Translations under genes and position numbers: made by a program
Notes under the pieces: generated by a model
What the model was told of the DNA's origin: nothing
The model's input: only the letters and a program-made list of their open reading frames with translations
The model's database searches: none
DNA from: Azolla caroliniana
Taxonomy: Eukaryota; Plantae; Polypodiophyta
Direction: 5' to 3'
Assembly: GCA_043228905.1 (NCBI GenBank)
Contig: JBHGNT010000001.1
Location: 12,586,001 to 12,650,000 of the forward strand
Length of the DNA stretch: 64,000 nucleotides
Part shown: positions 35,252-49,049 of the stretch, in pieces
Layout: each line of letters begins with the position of its first letter
Position numbering within the stretch: position 1 is the first letter of the stretch

Positions 35252-38200
35252 TGACGGGAACCCAACGTTCCTTATGCGCAACGCTCGGCCACAACCGAGA
35301 TTATTTTCATACACAGAAAACGGGAAATAGAACACAGCACAGAGAAGAGAAATGGTACACAGGAGGTTAACGTGGAAAACCCCAAACTAGAGGAAAAACC
35401 ACGGCAGCCCCTAGGCTGCAAACTGTCACTATGTATGAATGTATAGAATAGTGAGTACACGGAGGCAACGACCTCGGGCTCACGATCTTCGCCACAGGCG
35501 GCGGTTACAACAGAGGCAACGACCTCGTTCTCTCTCTCTCTCTCTCTGTACAGTTACACGCTCTCTCTTCTACTTGCACCAACAAGGAAGAATGACAACC
35601 ACTACAACAACCATAACTAAAAGTTTGCCCTAAGTCATATTTATACTAATATGACTTTTCGGCTATTTACAAATGTAGCCACAATGGGCTCTCAAAAACA
35701 TATTTACGAATATGTCTCTTCCTCCGGTTCATACCAGTTCTACACCATCCGGCTCTCCGTAGCCGGGTACTCCTCATCCGGTTCACACCGGGCCTGTATC
35801 ATCCGGCTCTCCGTAGCCGGGTACTACTCATCTGGTTCATACCGGGCCTGTATCATCCGGCTCTTCGTAGCCAGGTACTACTCATCCGGTTCACACCAGG
35901 CCTGTATCATCCGGCTCTCCGTAGACGGGTTCTCCTCATACCATTTCTGTTCTTCTCCCTTCCCATCCGGAGGGACCTATCTCCCAACAAACTCCCCCTT
36001 CACTCCGGCATGGGGTGTCTTACCAGTCCGATTCTCTTCCGGCATGCATCCAGCTTGTCGAGTGTCAGCACTTTGGTCAACATATCTGACCCGTTCTCGA
36101 CCGTGTGGATCTTCGTTAGTGCGAACTCCTGGTCATCTACTCTTTCCCGGATCCAGTGATACCTCCGTTGGATATGCTTCGTCCGGGAATGATAGGCCGC
36201 ATTCTTTGCAAGGTGGATGGCACTTTGACTATCGCAATAGAGTCAGTATTCCTCTTGCCGTATACCGAGCTCACCGATGAAGTCCTTCATCCATAAGATT
36301 TCCTTGCCGGCTTCCACAGCTGCCATGTACTCCGGCTCCGTGGTTGACAATGCAACCGTCTTCTACAACCTCGACTGCCACGAAACAGCTCCCCCTGCAT
36401 ATGTCATCACATACCTGGATGTAGACCGGCTGGTATCCACATCAGCCGACATGTCCGAATCGGTGAAACCGTCCAGTTGAGGTTTTCCGGAGCCGAATCG
36501 GAGACACATATTTGAAGTGCCCTTCAAATAACGGAGTATCCATTTGACCGCGTTCCAGTGCTCCTTGCCGGGATTACTCATGAACCGGCTCACCACTCCG
36601 ACTGCATATCCTATATCCGGTCGGGTACACACCATTGCGTACATCAAGCTCCCGACGACAGAGGCATATGGAATCTTTATCATATCTGCCTTCTCTGCTT
36701 TCGTCTTCGGGCTTTGCTTGCCGGACAGCTTGCAGTTTGCTGGAAGTGTCGATCCGACCGGTTTTGCTTCTGACATGTTGAACCGGTGAAGCACCTTTGT
36801 CACATACTTCTCCTGTGACAACCATAGTTGCTTCTTTAACCGGTCCCAAATGATGTGCATCCCCAACATCTGTCTTGCCGGACCCAAGTCTTTCATTGAG
36901 AAGGTCCGGTTGAGAGCCTTCTTCAGCATCCGTATTTTTACTTGGTCTCGTTCGACGATCAACATGTCATCCACGTACAGGAGGAGTATCAGGAAGTCCC
37001 CTCCTTCAAACTTCTTCACAAACATGCAATGATCGGCCTGCGTCTTGTGGTACCCTTGATCGGTCATGAAGGAGTCGAACTTCCGGTACCATTGCCGGGG
37101 AGCCTGCTTCAGTCCGTACAGGCTCTTCTTCAACCGGCATACCAGGTGCTCCTTCCCTTTCTCCACAAATCCTTCTGGTTGCTGCATGTAGATCTCCTCT
37201 TCGAGGTCGCCGTGAAGGAATGTCGTCTTCACGTCCAGCTGCTCTACCTCGAGGTCCATGCTTGCTGCTATACTCAGCACCGTCCGGATGGAGGTCATCT
37301 TTACTACCGGGGCAAATATCTCGTCGAAGTCCACGCCCTTCTTCTGCTGGAACCCCTTCACCACGATCCTGGCTTTGTATCTCGGGGGGTTGCCGGCATC
37401 TCCCGGTTTCAACTTGTACACCCACTTGTTTCAGAGTGCCCGCTTTCCTTTCGGCAGCTCCACCAATTCGTACGTATGGTTCTCATGCAGGGAATCCATC
37501 TCATCCTGCATGGCACTTAACCATTTTCGGCTGTGGGTGTCTTCCTTCGCTTCTTCGAAGCTTTCTGGCTGCCCCTCATCGGTCAGCAGAACATGCTCTG
37601 CATCCGGAAATCTCCGGGGCGCCCTTCTCTCTCTGAGAGGATATCTATGTCTTCGGGCTTCGGTAACCGGCTCCTCTATTTGCTCTTCATCCGAGTCCGA
37701 TTCGGGGTCTTGACCGGTTCCGGTCTCAGCTTCCTCTACTTCTTCATCTGCCGGTTGGGTATCCTCACCGTAACCAGCTGGTTCCTCGAGTGCTAACCGG
37801 TCTCTTGCCGGTTGGGTCTGCTCATCGTAGAGTCTATCCTTACCGGTCGACTCGGAGTTCATCATCTTCTTCTCCGACTCCCAGTCGGCGAGCGTCTTGT
37901 CCTCCATGAAGATAATATCTCGACTCCGGAATACCTTCTTGTCGATTGGGTCCCACACTCGGTAGCCGAACTCATCGTCACCGTAACCGAGGAATATGCA
38001 TGGCCGGGTCTTTGGATCTAACTTTCCTCTCCGGTCCTTTGCTACATGCACGTACGTGAGACACCCGAACACCCTCAGATGCCAGTAGGACACTTCCTTA
38101 CCGGTCCATACTCTCTGTGGCGTGTCTCCGTCCAAGGGTACTGAGGGTGATCTGTTTATCACATATGTCGCCGTCGACAGTGCCTTAGCCCAAAACTTCT

Positions 38201-40778
38201 GGGGTAGTTTCGCATGTGCTAGCATACTCCGGACCCTCTCCATTATGGTCCGGTTCATCCTCTCGGCCAGTCCGTTTAGTTCCGGCGTCTTCGGCACGGT
38301 AAATTCGAGCCGGATTCCCTTCAAGCGGCAGTACTCCTCGAACTGCCCCCGGTACTCTCCTCCATTATCTGCTCGAACCACCTTCAGCTTCCGGCCGGTT
38401 TCTCTTTCCACTCTCGCGTGGAGCTCTTTGAAGACAGATAGCACCTGATCCTTCGTCTTCAACGGTGTGGCCCACAGCTTCCGGCTATGGTCATCTATGA
38501 ACGTCACGAAGTACTGCGCTCCAGCATGTGACTTCGTGTCTACCTGACACACATCCATATGCACCAACTCCAGTGGTGCATTACGTCTCATCGGTGGCCT
38601 TGGTCGGAAGGAGGTCCGGTTCTGCTTACCGGCCAGACAATCAGTGCACTTCTCTAAGTGCACGTTCTTCACTGGAATGAGGTTGTCGTCTGCAAGCCTG
38701 TTCATCCCCTTCTCACTCATGTGACACAGCCTCTTGTGCCACAGCTCACCGGCAGTGTCGGATGCCACGTTCACTTCTTCCGGACATAACCGGGCATTCA
38801 TCAGGTACAACGTGTTGACCTTCCGGGCCCGAGCCACAATCAAGCTCCCTTTGCTGAACTTCATGACACCGTTCCGGATGCTACCCGTGTAGCCTTCATC
38901 ATCTAGCCGACCAGCTGATATTAGGTTCAGACGAACTTCCGGAACGTGTCGGACATCCTTCAGCAGCAACTTGCATCCGGTTGGTGTTGTCAGCCACACG
39001 TCTCCTATGCCGACAATTCGGCATGTTCCTTCATTCCCCATCCGGACACAGCCGTGATCACCGGCTGAATAGGATGAGAAGCATTTCCGGTCCGTGGTAA
39101 GGTGGAACGACGCTTCGGAGTCTACCACCCAGGTCATCTCGTCGCCGGCAAGGTTTATTTCACTCTCCTCGGTGACGATCATCAACTCTTCTTCGCTTGC
39201 CGCGATTGCCGTCATTCCCTTCCGGTCCGGCCCCTTCCGGTCTTTACCGTTCCTGTCTTTACCGTTCCGGTCCGGGGTTTGCTTCGAATCGGTACCGTCG
39301 GTTTCTTTGTCTTTACGGAAATGCCGACGGTTCTTTTGGAAGTGTCCCGGGTTGCCGCAATAGAAGCAAGTAGGCCTCCCCCTTGACTTTGACCGTGTCC
39401 CCGACTTCTCCCGGTTCTGGGGACTACGGTTTCTATGTCTTCCACGTTCCGATTCGGTAAGAAACGCTTTGGAGTCGGAACTCGTATCTTTGTCTTTCCG
39501 ACGCGCCTCCTCATCTAGCAAGCTCGACTTTACTCTTGCTAGGGATAGCCGTTTTCCTTCCGGCCCGGCGTTGCCCAATGTGACAACCAACGTGTCCCAG
39601 CTATCCGGGAGGGAACCGAGCAGGAGCAACGCTAGTACCTCATCCGCGAGAGGTACTTCCAGTGAAGTTGCCTGGTGGATCAGGCCCTAGAAGGCATTCA
39701 TGTGCTCCGCCATGCTGGAGCCATCTTGGTACCGGAGTCTTACTAGCTTCCGGAATACCGAAACCTGATTAACAACATTTTTGTTTTGGAACATTATGCC
39801 GATCTTCTCCCAGAGCTCATGAGCCTTGCTCTCTTCATTGAAGTTGTTGTACAGGCTCATGTCGATGAAGCACCGTATGTACGCCGTTGTCTTCATGTGC
39901 ATCACCTCCCATATCGCGGAGTCGATTTTGTCCGGTCTCTTGTCCCCGAACTGAACCAGCAGCCAGAGGTCTTTAACAACGAGCATGTCCCTCATCTTCG
40001 ACTTCCATACTGAATAGTTGGAGCCAGTGAGCTTGAACATGCCGCCAAATGATTCGTCCATTTTCTGTGTCGAACCTCGCTCTGATACCAATTGACGGGA
40101 ACCCAACGTTCCTTATGCGCAACGCTCGGCCACAACCGAGATTATTTTCATACACAGAAGACGGGAAATAGAACACATCACATAGAAGAGAAATGGTACA
40201 CAGGAGGTTAACGTGGAAAACCCCAAACTAGGGGAAAAACCACGGCAACCCCTAGGCTGCAAACTGTCACTATGTATGAATGTATAGAATAGTGAGTACA
40301 CGGAGGCAACGACCTCGGGCTCACGATCTTCACCACAGGCGGCGGTTACAACAGAGGCAACGACCTCGTTCTCTCTCTCTCTCTCTCTCTGTACAGTTAC
40401 ACGCTCTCTCTTCTACTTGCACCAACAAGGAAGAATGACAACCACTACAACAACCATAACTAAAAGTTTGCTCTAAGTCATATTTATACTAATATGACTT
40501 TTCGGCTATTTACAAATGTAGCCACAATGGGCTCTCAGAAACATATTTACGAATATGTCTCTTCCTCCGGTTCATACCGGTTCTGCACCATCCGGCTCTC
40601 CGTAGCCGGGTACTCCTCATCCGGTTCACACCGGGCCTATATCATCCGGCTCTCCGTAGCCGGGTACTACAATTCCGGTTCACACCGGGCCTGTATCATC
40701 CGGCTCTCCGTAGCCAGGTTCTCCTCATACCATTTCTGTTCTTCTCCCTTCCCATCCGAAGGGACCTGTCTCCCAACA
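35252..40778 (-). mobile_element. Ty1/Copia element H, relative of B (LTRs 35252-35989, 40093-40778)
   Basis: TSD GTTAC (35247-35251 / 40779-40783). PBS-iMet ~40079-40090. PPT 35990-36000. Confidence 0.95.
36000..40061 (-). pseudogene. Copia H gag-pol with in-frame stops (39687, 37431, 36363)
   Basis: Collinear ORFs of 139, 732 and 352 aa with gag, PR, IN, RT and RNaseH motifs, highly similar to B. Confidence 0.9.
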
Positions 40779-43400
40779 GTTACATCGTGCACACCGGATG
40801 TTGTATATCGGTTCATTAGGTAGACAGATGTGCATACTACTTCAGTCCAATATGACTTCGGCATGTGCTTCTTGTTCAACATGGCCCTTCCTACTTTGAG
40901 GATGTGCAAAGTTTTGCATTCGGCCACTCCATTCTGTTGCGGTGTGTGTCGGCATGTAAACTCTCAATGAATTCCTTCTTTCCGGAGATAAACTGAAAAT
41001 TCATCGAAGAAGTACTCTTTTCCTTCCTTCGATCGAAAGGCTTCTAACATGCTAAACTATTTCCTTTTCGACTCCACTTTTGATTTTTTGGAAGTGTGCG
41101 AACACTTCACTCTTCTGCCTCATGGGAAAGATCCAGGTGTGCCTAGAGAAGTCATCAATAAAGGTATCATAGTATTGGCATCCCCCGAATGTTGTCGTTT
41201 GAGCTGAACCACACACATCTAAATGAATCACATCGAGGAGATGTTTGCTCCTGTTTCACTCTTTTGGAAATGGGTGTCGATGTTGCTTGTCGAATTGGCA
41301 AGCTTCACATACACCTTCAATCTCTTTCTCTTGGAAGTTCGGGAGCCCGATGATGACTCCTTTCAATTGCACCCCCTTGAGCTTTTGGAGGTTGATATGG
41401 CAGATTCTTTTATGCCATAGCTCTATATCGGTGTCGGCTTTATGGTCCTTTGTGAACATGGACGATTTTACCTCATTCGATTTGAGGATAAACATTCGGC
41501 CTTCCCTTCGACCACGAGCGATGAGTCGGCTTTCCTTCTTGATGAAGCAACCACCTTGGTTGAATCGAACTTGCATACATTGCTCCACAATTTGGCCAAC
41601 GCAGACCAAATTCTTCGTGGTAGTTGGTACATGCAAGATGTTTTTGATACAATTTGTTCGTCATCTTTCCCGAATGGGACATTTCTGACATGCCGAATGG
41701 AGTGTAGCAAGTCGATCTAGCTCTCGTAGATCTCGAAACCATTATTGATGGGACGTCATATGATTTGAGGCGCCAGAGTCGACAAACCGTACTTCCAGAT
41801 TGGAAGTACTAGTTGGAGTAGAGGCTGACATAGAATTTGCTCTATGTCTTATCACGAACATTCCGCCATGATCTTCATAGTCGGAGTTGGTGATGTAATG
41901 GGTGAGTTGTCGGCTTGTGGAAGCTGACTCGGGCTTCTTCTTTCAATACTCTTCTTCGTGGTGGCTGATTTTACTACAATATCTACATTTGATTGACTTT
42001 TTTTGTCGGCTTGAACTCGCATGAAAGGCTCCCCCTTCTTCCGAATGTTCCTCGGTTGTTTCTGTTTTCTTGCCAAAATTGGGAGTTTTTTTCATAGGTC
42101 GAACCTTGTCCTTGGCCAAATCGGCCTCTTCTTGCTCGACTGCATCCTCTTCCTCCGTCTGAGTGTGTGTAGAGCATTTGACCTTACGAGGTGTTGCTCT
42201 TTGTTTGAACATGGTTTTCTTCAACCAATAACATTGATTGAAGATTAAAGAAAGAAGGATTCTCCCTTGCTAGGACAATGGTTCTCATCGCGCCAAACCG
42301 TGGCGCGAGGCCACCTAGGCATATTTGCACCATCTCATCATCCTCCATGTTGACACTTATTGAGCCAAGTGAGTCACAAAACTCCTTGCTCTTCAAGGTG
42401 TAGCTTGTGATAGACATCCCTTTGTTGGATATTGTTCAACTCTTGACGGAGTTGAAGCTTTCATGCTGTTGTATTGGTGGCGAATATCTTCATCAGATTC
42501 TCCCAAGCTTCTTTTAGTATCTTGGCTTCCCAAATGTAGCAAAGCATGTGGTCATGGACACATGTCGCCAAGCAATACATCACTCAGCTTGCGGCTTGCT
42601 CCCATGTTGAGTATTTGGGATCCGTTGGCTTGGTTTTATTTTCTTGTGCTCCTTTGATGTGGCTCCAATAACCTTGTTCGACAAGGTATTGGTGCATCTT
42701 GTACTCCCAAGATACAAAGTTGTTTTGGTCCAACTTCTCAGTTTGAAGAGAGCTGCCTATTTGAGTATTCATGGTGGTCGATGTAGATTTCTTCCTTCTT
42801 CTTCTCTCTTGGACACGATCTATGTAACAACAATACGATAGCGATGAGTTGGATTTCTTTGAATCGTTGGCGTAGACACAACACACGAGGATGGGCTAGA
42901 TCAAGCTACCAAATCACTCTGATACCATGTAAAGAATTGAGTATGATTCTATGCAGCGGAATAGATTAAGGATTTGTGCTATGTGTGTGTGTGTGTGTGT
43001 AATGAGGAGAGGAGAGGAGAGAAACACAAGATAGATAGATAGGAAAAATGAAATACTCAAGAAGATGTATGTATTAGGAAGAGGAGAACAACTACAACAA
43101 TATGAATATTACAAAGGAGATTAACCGACACATTACAAAGTAGGAGGGTGCTTTATATAAGGTCACCCTCTCTCTACATTCTCTCACTAAAACGCCCACT
43201 CTCTCTCTAGAACCTTGGGGAATGTGGAAACTCATTAGTTGTGGGGAATATGGAACTCATTAGTTATGTGTCATAGTATATGATTCTATAACACATAGTT
43301 AATGTGTAGAAAGTAGTGGTGACCTTTGACCTTTGAGTGCTCGTAGATTCTCAAAAGGTGTGTTCATATACTAGAATAGGTTGAGCTTGATTCCCCAATA

Positions 43401-44708
43401 GTATCATTGTAAAAGACTTGACTTCCCTCGATCGCAACCTAAAATTGCACATGGACTTCGGAACATCATGTGAGCCGACTCAATATCAGCAAATCATCGA
43501 GAGCCTCATCTATCTAACTATCACTTGACCCAACCTGAGTTATCCGGTCGGCCTCCTTAGTTTATGCAAACACCATGCTACACACATTTGCATTGTGCCT
43601 AGAGAGTTTTATGATGCGTTAGTGGGACCATGGATCAAGGAATCTTCTATAAGACAAGAGTGACAATTTGGCTAGAACGAAACACAAATGTCGATTGGGT
43701 CGACAATATATCCAATTGACGGTCAACATTCGGCGTTGTCTTCTCACTCGGAAGTGGCGCGATCTCTTGGAGTAGCAAGAAGCAACCAACAGTTGCATTG
43801 TCTAGCACTGAAGCGAAGTACAGAGGCATGACCAGAGCCACCTACAAAGCCATTTGGTTAAAGCAACTACTAAAGCACTTCAATGAATTGGTCAACAAAA
43901 CGATACGTATCTACCACAACAATCCAAGTAGCATACAACTAGCCCAAAACCCAGTCTTTCATGCCTGAACAAAACATATAGAGGTACACTACCACTATGT
44001 TCAGGAGCACATCAATGCCAGAGATATAGATCTTCAAAACGTTGGCGCTAATCAACAGCCAACCAATAGCTTCACCAAGGCCTTAAGAGCGGATAAGTTC
44101 CACAGTTTTCCCTAGCGCTCGGCCTTCGACCACTCACCACCCCAAGCCTTAAGCTTGAGGGGGAGGTACCATATCTGAATCCGAAAACTGGTGCGGAAGT
44201 TGACAATGTCAATAGTTGAACCGAGCATTAAACGTCGAACACTTGAGCTTGAAGGCGCATGTTGAGATATAAAGCTAAACTAGATTTAGTTATTTTTGTA
44301 AATGTGTAACTTAGTAGTTACATGCATAGAATCTAGTTAGAGTGTTGACTTGAAAGCCTTAAATAGGATTTTATACTTGTACTTATGGATACATTCTAGA
44401 ACCTCCACTACCCAAGTACATTTAATATAGGACTTACATCCTTGTACCTATATTTTTCCTCACACATGTGCACCCTTGCACATGAGATCTATATATACCT
44501 CATTGTGTGTATCTTTGTATTTTGATGCTTATTAATATAGAGAAAGGTCTTTAGCTACACTCTTGTTAATCATCCCCCATTTATCTTATTGTTCATAAGT
44601 GTTCTTTCTCTCTTCCTCTCATACTCACACATATCACACAATCTTCCGTAGTTTAATCACATATGTGATTAACTACTCACATAATTAGATAATAATTAAC
44701 CCTTAACA
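43401..44708 (+). mobile_element. Old Copia remnant L: decayed RT end/RNaseH plus probable 3' LTR ~44260-44708
   Basis: Translation [20 protein letters not shown] and KHIEVHYH. PPT-like motif before TGTTGAG at 44260. LTR end uncertain. Confidence 0.65.
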
Positions 44709-47700
44709 CATTCGCATTTAGAAGTGGAAGGATCACGCATTCCACTTTTAGATTCCTTATGTAGTAGTACAAATTCAGGTTATTGTGAAATATTAGGTGC
44801 GCCAATATCACATGATCAACCACCTATATAGAATTTGCTAAATTATTAATATGTAACAAGTCTCTAAATAGAGAACATGTACTTTTCCGGAAAATATTTA
44901 AAGTCGATGATCCCCACTTCCACAATGTATTTAAATTTAAGAATATCACAATGGCGGTCTCATCTGACATGAGTTAATGATTTGGAACACTATTATTAAA
45001 CTAGATTTTTTTTGTAAGCCGGAGTGTGAAAGTTCTTATGCTAGTTTATCTATCCCGTAGAGGTGTATATGCCAAAGGAGGAAGTGATATCTACATATTC
45101 GTGATTACAATTTATTCAAATTAATCCTTAATGGATCTTGCATGATATAATACCGAAGGTATATGTTTGTGAGAAGCCAAGCAAATTATACATATAAGTA
45201 CTGAGAAATATTCATTTTGGTTGTGTTTATCAGAAAATAGATACACTCAAACACGTATGACAACTATTCAGCCATAAATAGAGACAACATTCAATTGTCA
45301 ACGGTTTAATAAGAAATTTGTATAAGAAGAGACACCCATAAACCCCAAAGCAAGAGGACACACCCAAACATAGCAAGGAGTACTCATGATATTTGGAGAA
45401 CACCCATAAATAGCTATAGATACCAAGGAATGAGAACACCTACAACCATGGATCATTAATTGGAAACCCTAAATGGACACATGGTTATTAATCTATATTT
45501 CAACCTAGCTACTGTCAATATTTCAAAATAAGAGAGACAATAGAATTGTAAAGTTTTAAGTGTCTATAAAAGTATGTTTTAATTCCAAATGTGGCTGACA
45601 ATAAATGAAACGGGTTTAGGAACTATAAACCCGATTGGTGGAAAAATATGAAGTAATGTTTCATTGATGAATATGGAATAAACTTTTAGTAGACGCATAT
45701 AGATTAATGCTCTAATGAATGGATATACACTCATGTGCAAATAATAATCAGATCATGCTACAAAGATAAAACACATATACATATAATTCGAACATTATAC
45801 ACTATATAAAACAAATAAATGTTTCAATGGATGTAGATAGATTAATGCTATAAAGAATGAATATAGACCAAAACATAACCTACAATTAACAATAAGATCA
45901 TGCAACAAAAAAAAGCACATCAACCAAATAATTCAAACATTAAGCATTGTAAAATACAAATAATTGGAACATTACAACAAACATCTACAGGACCACATTG
46001 ATAAGATAGAACCTTAAAAAAAAAGTAAATATTTGATTTACATCAATTGTATCGAGATAAAAATGGTTTACATAGCTATGAGGGTATCTACATCATTGCC
46101 TTCGTCTTCCTTGGATGGACTATCCTCGATATTCTGTGCACTAGTATCCACTCCAAATAGACTGGCTACCGTAGGGTCCTCTAATAGCTCATCTTCAAGG
46201 TCTATAAGCTCCCTAGGTTCACTAGCTGGTGGACGGATGGGCTCATGGGAGGCAGGCTGAAAACGTTCTGTATCTGCTATATGCTTCATCCCTACCTCCT
46301 CATCTTGATCAGGGCATTCCCATAGTGCTCTAAGCCTCATATTTATGAAGGTCACCTGCTCCTCATCCTTCTCCAATGCAACCAAATTGCGGAAAAGTTT
46401 CAACACACACATAAATGCAATACCTAACATCGATTAAAAAATAGGAATGATTCACATAACAGTTCAACAATGTAATTCGTTTCATCAAGCAATTGGGACA
46501 ATGAATTGAAAACATACCCGTGCTAAAAAACTAATTTAATATCCAATCATCTTCATTAGAGAACATTTCCACCAAGTGCATCATCAGACGTTAGGGCTTC
46601 TAATAGGGATTGACAAGTCCCACTCATAGTCATTGCCCACTCATAGTTGATCATATCTATCTACAAGGGTTTCCCCTCCTACTACAGCCACAATTTTCTT
46701 CTGGTTGACCTCGTTAGAAGGTTGCCCAACAATATCATCGTCAAATAATAGTTTTTTTCCTTTTTGAGGATTAGTGATTCCAGGGATTTGGGTGGTTTCA
46801 ATGAGTGAGCTTTGATATTTGATTCGAATTTTTTTAATTGGTCTCTCATCCTGAGGCTCAGTAGACCTAATATTTCACTAACAAAAACATCAACGTTACT
46901 ATAAGGTTCAAGTCATTATTGGGCCTTAAAAGATAGAAAAAAAAGGCAAATGATGAAAAAAGGCCATAAAACCTATACTCTAGCATCATGTCTGAATCAC
47001 AACCCTATCTAAAATCTCTCATTTTGAGCTCTAAAGTTTCTATTTAAATTAGTTTATTGAAACTAATTTTAGGTTTTTTTGGTTGTTAAATACAACTAAA
47101 GACTACACAACCCTTGGTTTTGTTCATGAATAACTCCCTTCCATACATTGTACAGAGAGTAGCTCATATGCAATGGAAACTCTATGCATTATAGCGAGTT
47201 GGTGCACTTGGGAGCCTTAACTCAATACATTGTATTGAGTTGGTGCACCTAGGAGCCTCAACTTGTTACAGTGTATGGAGTTTGGACTGCAACTCGATTC
47301 ATTGTATCTACTTGAAGTCCCAGGAGCCTCAACTTGATACAATGTAGTGATTTGGGAATCCAACTCGTTACATTGTATCAAGTTGGGACTTAAACTAGAT
47401 ACATTGTATCCAGTTGGAGTCCCAATTGGATGCATTGTATCGAGTTGAGGCTCCTAGGTGCACCAACTCGATACAATATATCAAGTTGAAGTCCCAAGAG
47501 CCTCAACTGGATACATTGTATCGAGTTGGGGATCCTAGGACTTCAACTCGATACAATGTATCAAGTTGCACTCCAAACTCCATACATAGTATCAAGTTAT
47601 TGCCTTGCCTTGTAATTACTCGATATAGTTTAGGGTTTAGAAACAAAATGTCTATACATTTTAGGTTTTAGGCTTACTTGGAGTCGGTCCTAGATGTCTT

Positions 47701-49037
47701 TTTGCTCGACATGTTGAGTTGTTGGTGGAGCAGGTGTCCTGAGTGCTTTGGTGCTCTCGTGTGCTCTCTTTTCTCATGTGTGCAAGTGAGGAAAAAAAGG
47801 AATAATTGATCAACCTATTTATAGGAGGAAAAGTTGAGGTTAGTTAAGCATAATTATAGTTAGTTTTCTTTTTTACTTATTACTAATTAATAGGTTAGTT
47901 TAGCATGTGCACTAATGCTTGAGAATAAGATACCTCATGGTGGGATGTGTTCTTTAATGATCAAGAAGAAATTGTTGATAATTGTATTGTCGGTACTTGG
48001 ACTGTGCAAATCCCGTTACATGATTTATACAACACTCTCGTGATTCTCAAACTCCTCTTACTGCACCTAATGCGATTAATGACAACTTGCTCCATCCACA
48101 ACAAAGAGACATTTATGTTGGACCAAGGATGACAAAAGCTTTTGAAGCTAGGTGGCAAGGAAACTTGCAAGAACTCAAGGTGGGAATGTTAATTGCTACA
48201 TTTGTTGATGATAATGAGCTAGGGCACCAATTTTGGATTGGTAAAGTTTTGGACATGGTGATGCATGATAACCAAAATCAAATCCAATCTATAAAGGTGC
48301 ATTGGTACAACACTAGAAGCAAAAATGCAGTTACAGGCAAGTATGCGTTAGAGATGATGGAATGTCCAAGGTCAACAGGAAAAGAAACATTCATAACACA
48401 TCATCCCTTGACATTGGTGAGGTGGATATTATTGTTTATAACTTTACGCTAACAAAAGTTGGATATTTAAGGAAGTAAACAATAGACATAATAAAGGAGA
48501 AATTACCAATTCTACAAGGGGTCTGAGGTCGAATGCGAACAAGATCTTCAACACATAATTTAGAATCACACAATCGGGTTTCAGATGAAGACAATGCTTT
48601 AATAGGTATATCTGAAGATGACGAGGAACCATTAGCCTTGTATATTAGTTATAGTAGTAATTCTAGATCATGAAAGGAGTGATTTATGTAAACCCTAAAC
48701 TCTTGAATGTAATTTTGGTATCAAATTGTAATCAAATTCCGTTTGTAATACTCGAATGACATAAAGGTTATGTTTTGAAATCTGTCGCTTTGTATGAAGA
48801 TTGTTTGTTAAAAAAAGCATTACTTGTTTTTTTTGAGAAAATACACATTGTAACTTTTGGATCAGAGCCTAAATTTTATGACTTTCCAACTTTAGAAAAT
48901 TGTGGATTTTTAAGGTTTACCAACGAAATTTTGAGAACGTGTGATACTAGTATCATTGTGTTTTATGAAATGGGTATATAAACCCCAAAATCAAACGGAA
49001 TATTCCTTATCCTTCCACTTGTGAACGCGAACATGTT
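44705..49037. mobile_element. Putative decayed TIR DNA transposon (~4.3 kb)
   Basis: 29-bp imperfect inverted repeats 44705-44733 and 49009-49037 (~24/29). Right end followed by CCTTAA. Divergent decayed coding-like segments ~46070-46860 (-) and ~47950-48600 (+). Confidence 0.55.
47177..47599. repeat. Array of 12 palindromic 25-bp repeats (consensus CAACTCGATACA-W-TGTATCGAGTTG) with 6/15/16-bp spacers
   Basis: Parsed directly: 12 x 25 + spacers 16,16,6,15,6,6,6,16,15,15,6 = 423 bp. Confidence 0.9.
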
Positions 49038-49049
49038 CCTTAATTAATT

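Larger units (their letters stand above)
1598..43400 (-). mobile_element. Old Ty1/Copia element G, outer host of a ~42-kb nest
   Basis: Partial 3' LTR ~1598-1851 matches 43145-43400. PPT 1852-1860. PBS-iMet (ctctgatacca) 42917-42927, 5' LTR starts 42928. Collinear decayed gag-PR-IN (42770-40784, 35170-35250), RT (24577-23957, 3829-3233, LYVDDL) and RNaseH (2480-1960). Confidence 0.75.

Noticed and set aside
47177-47599. CRISPR array
   Set aside because: Spacers are only 6-16 bp and reused, repeats are degenerate, there are no cas genes, and the context is eukaryotic.
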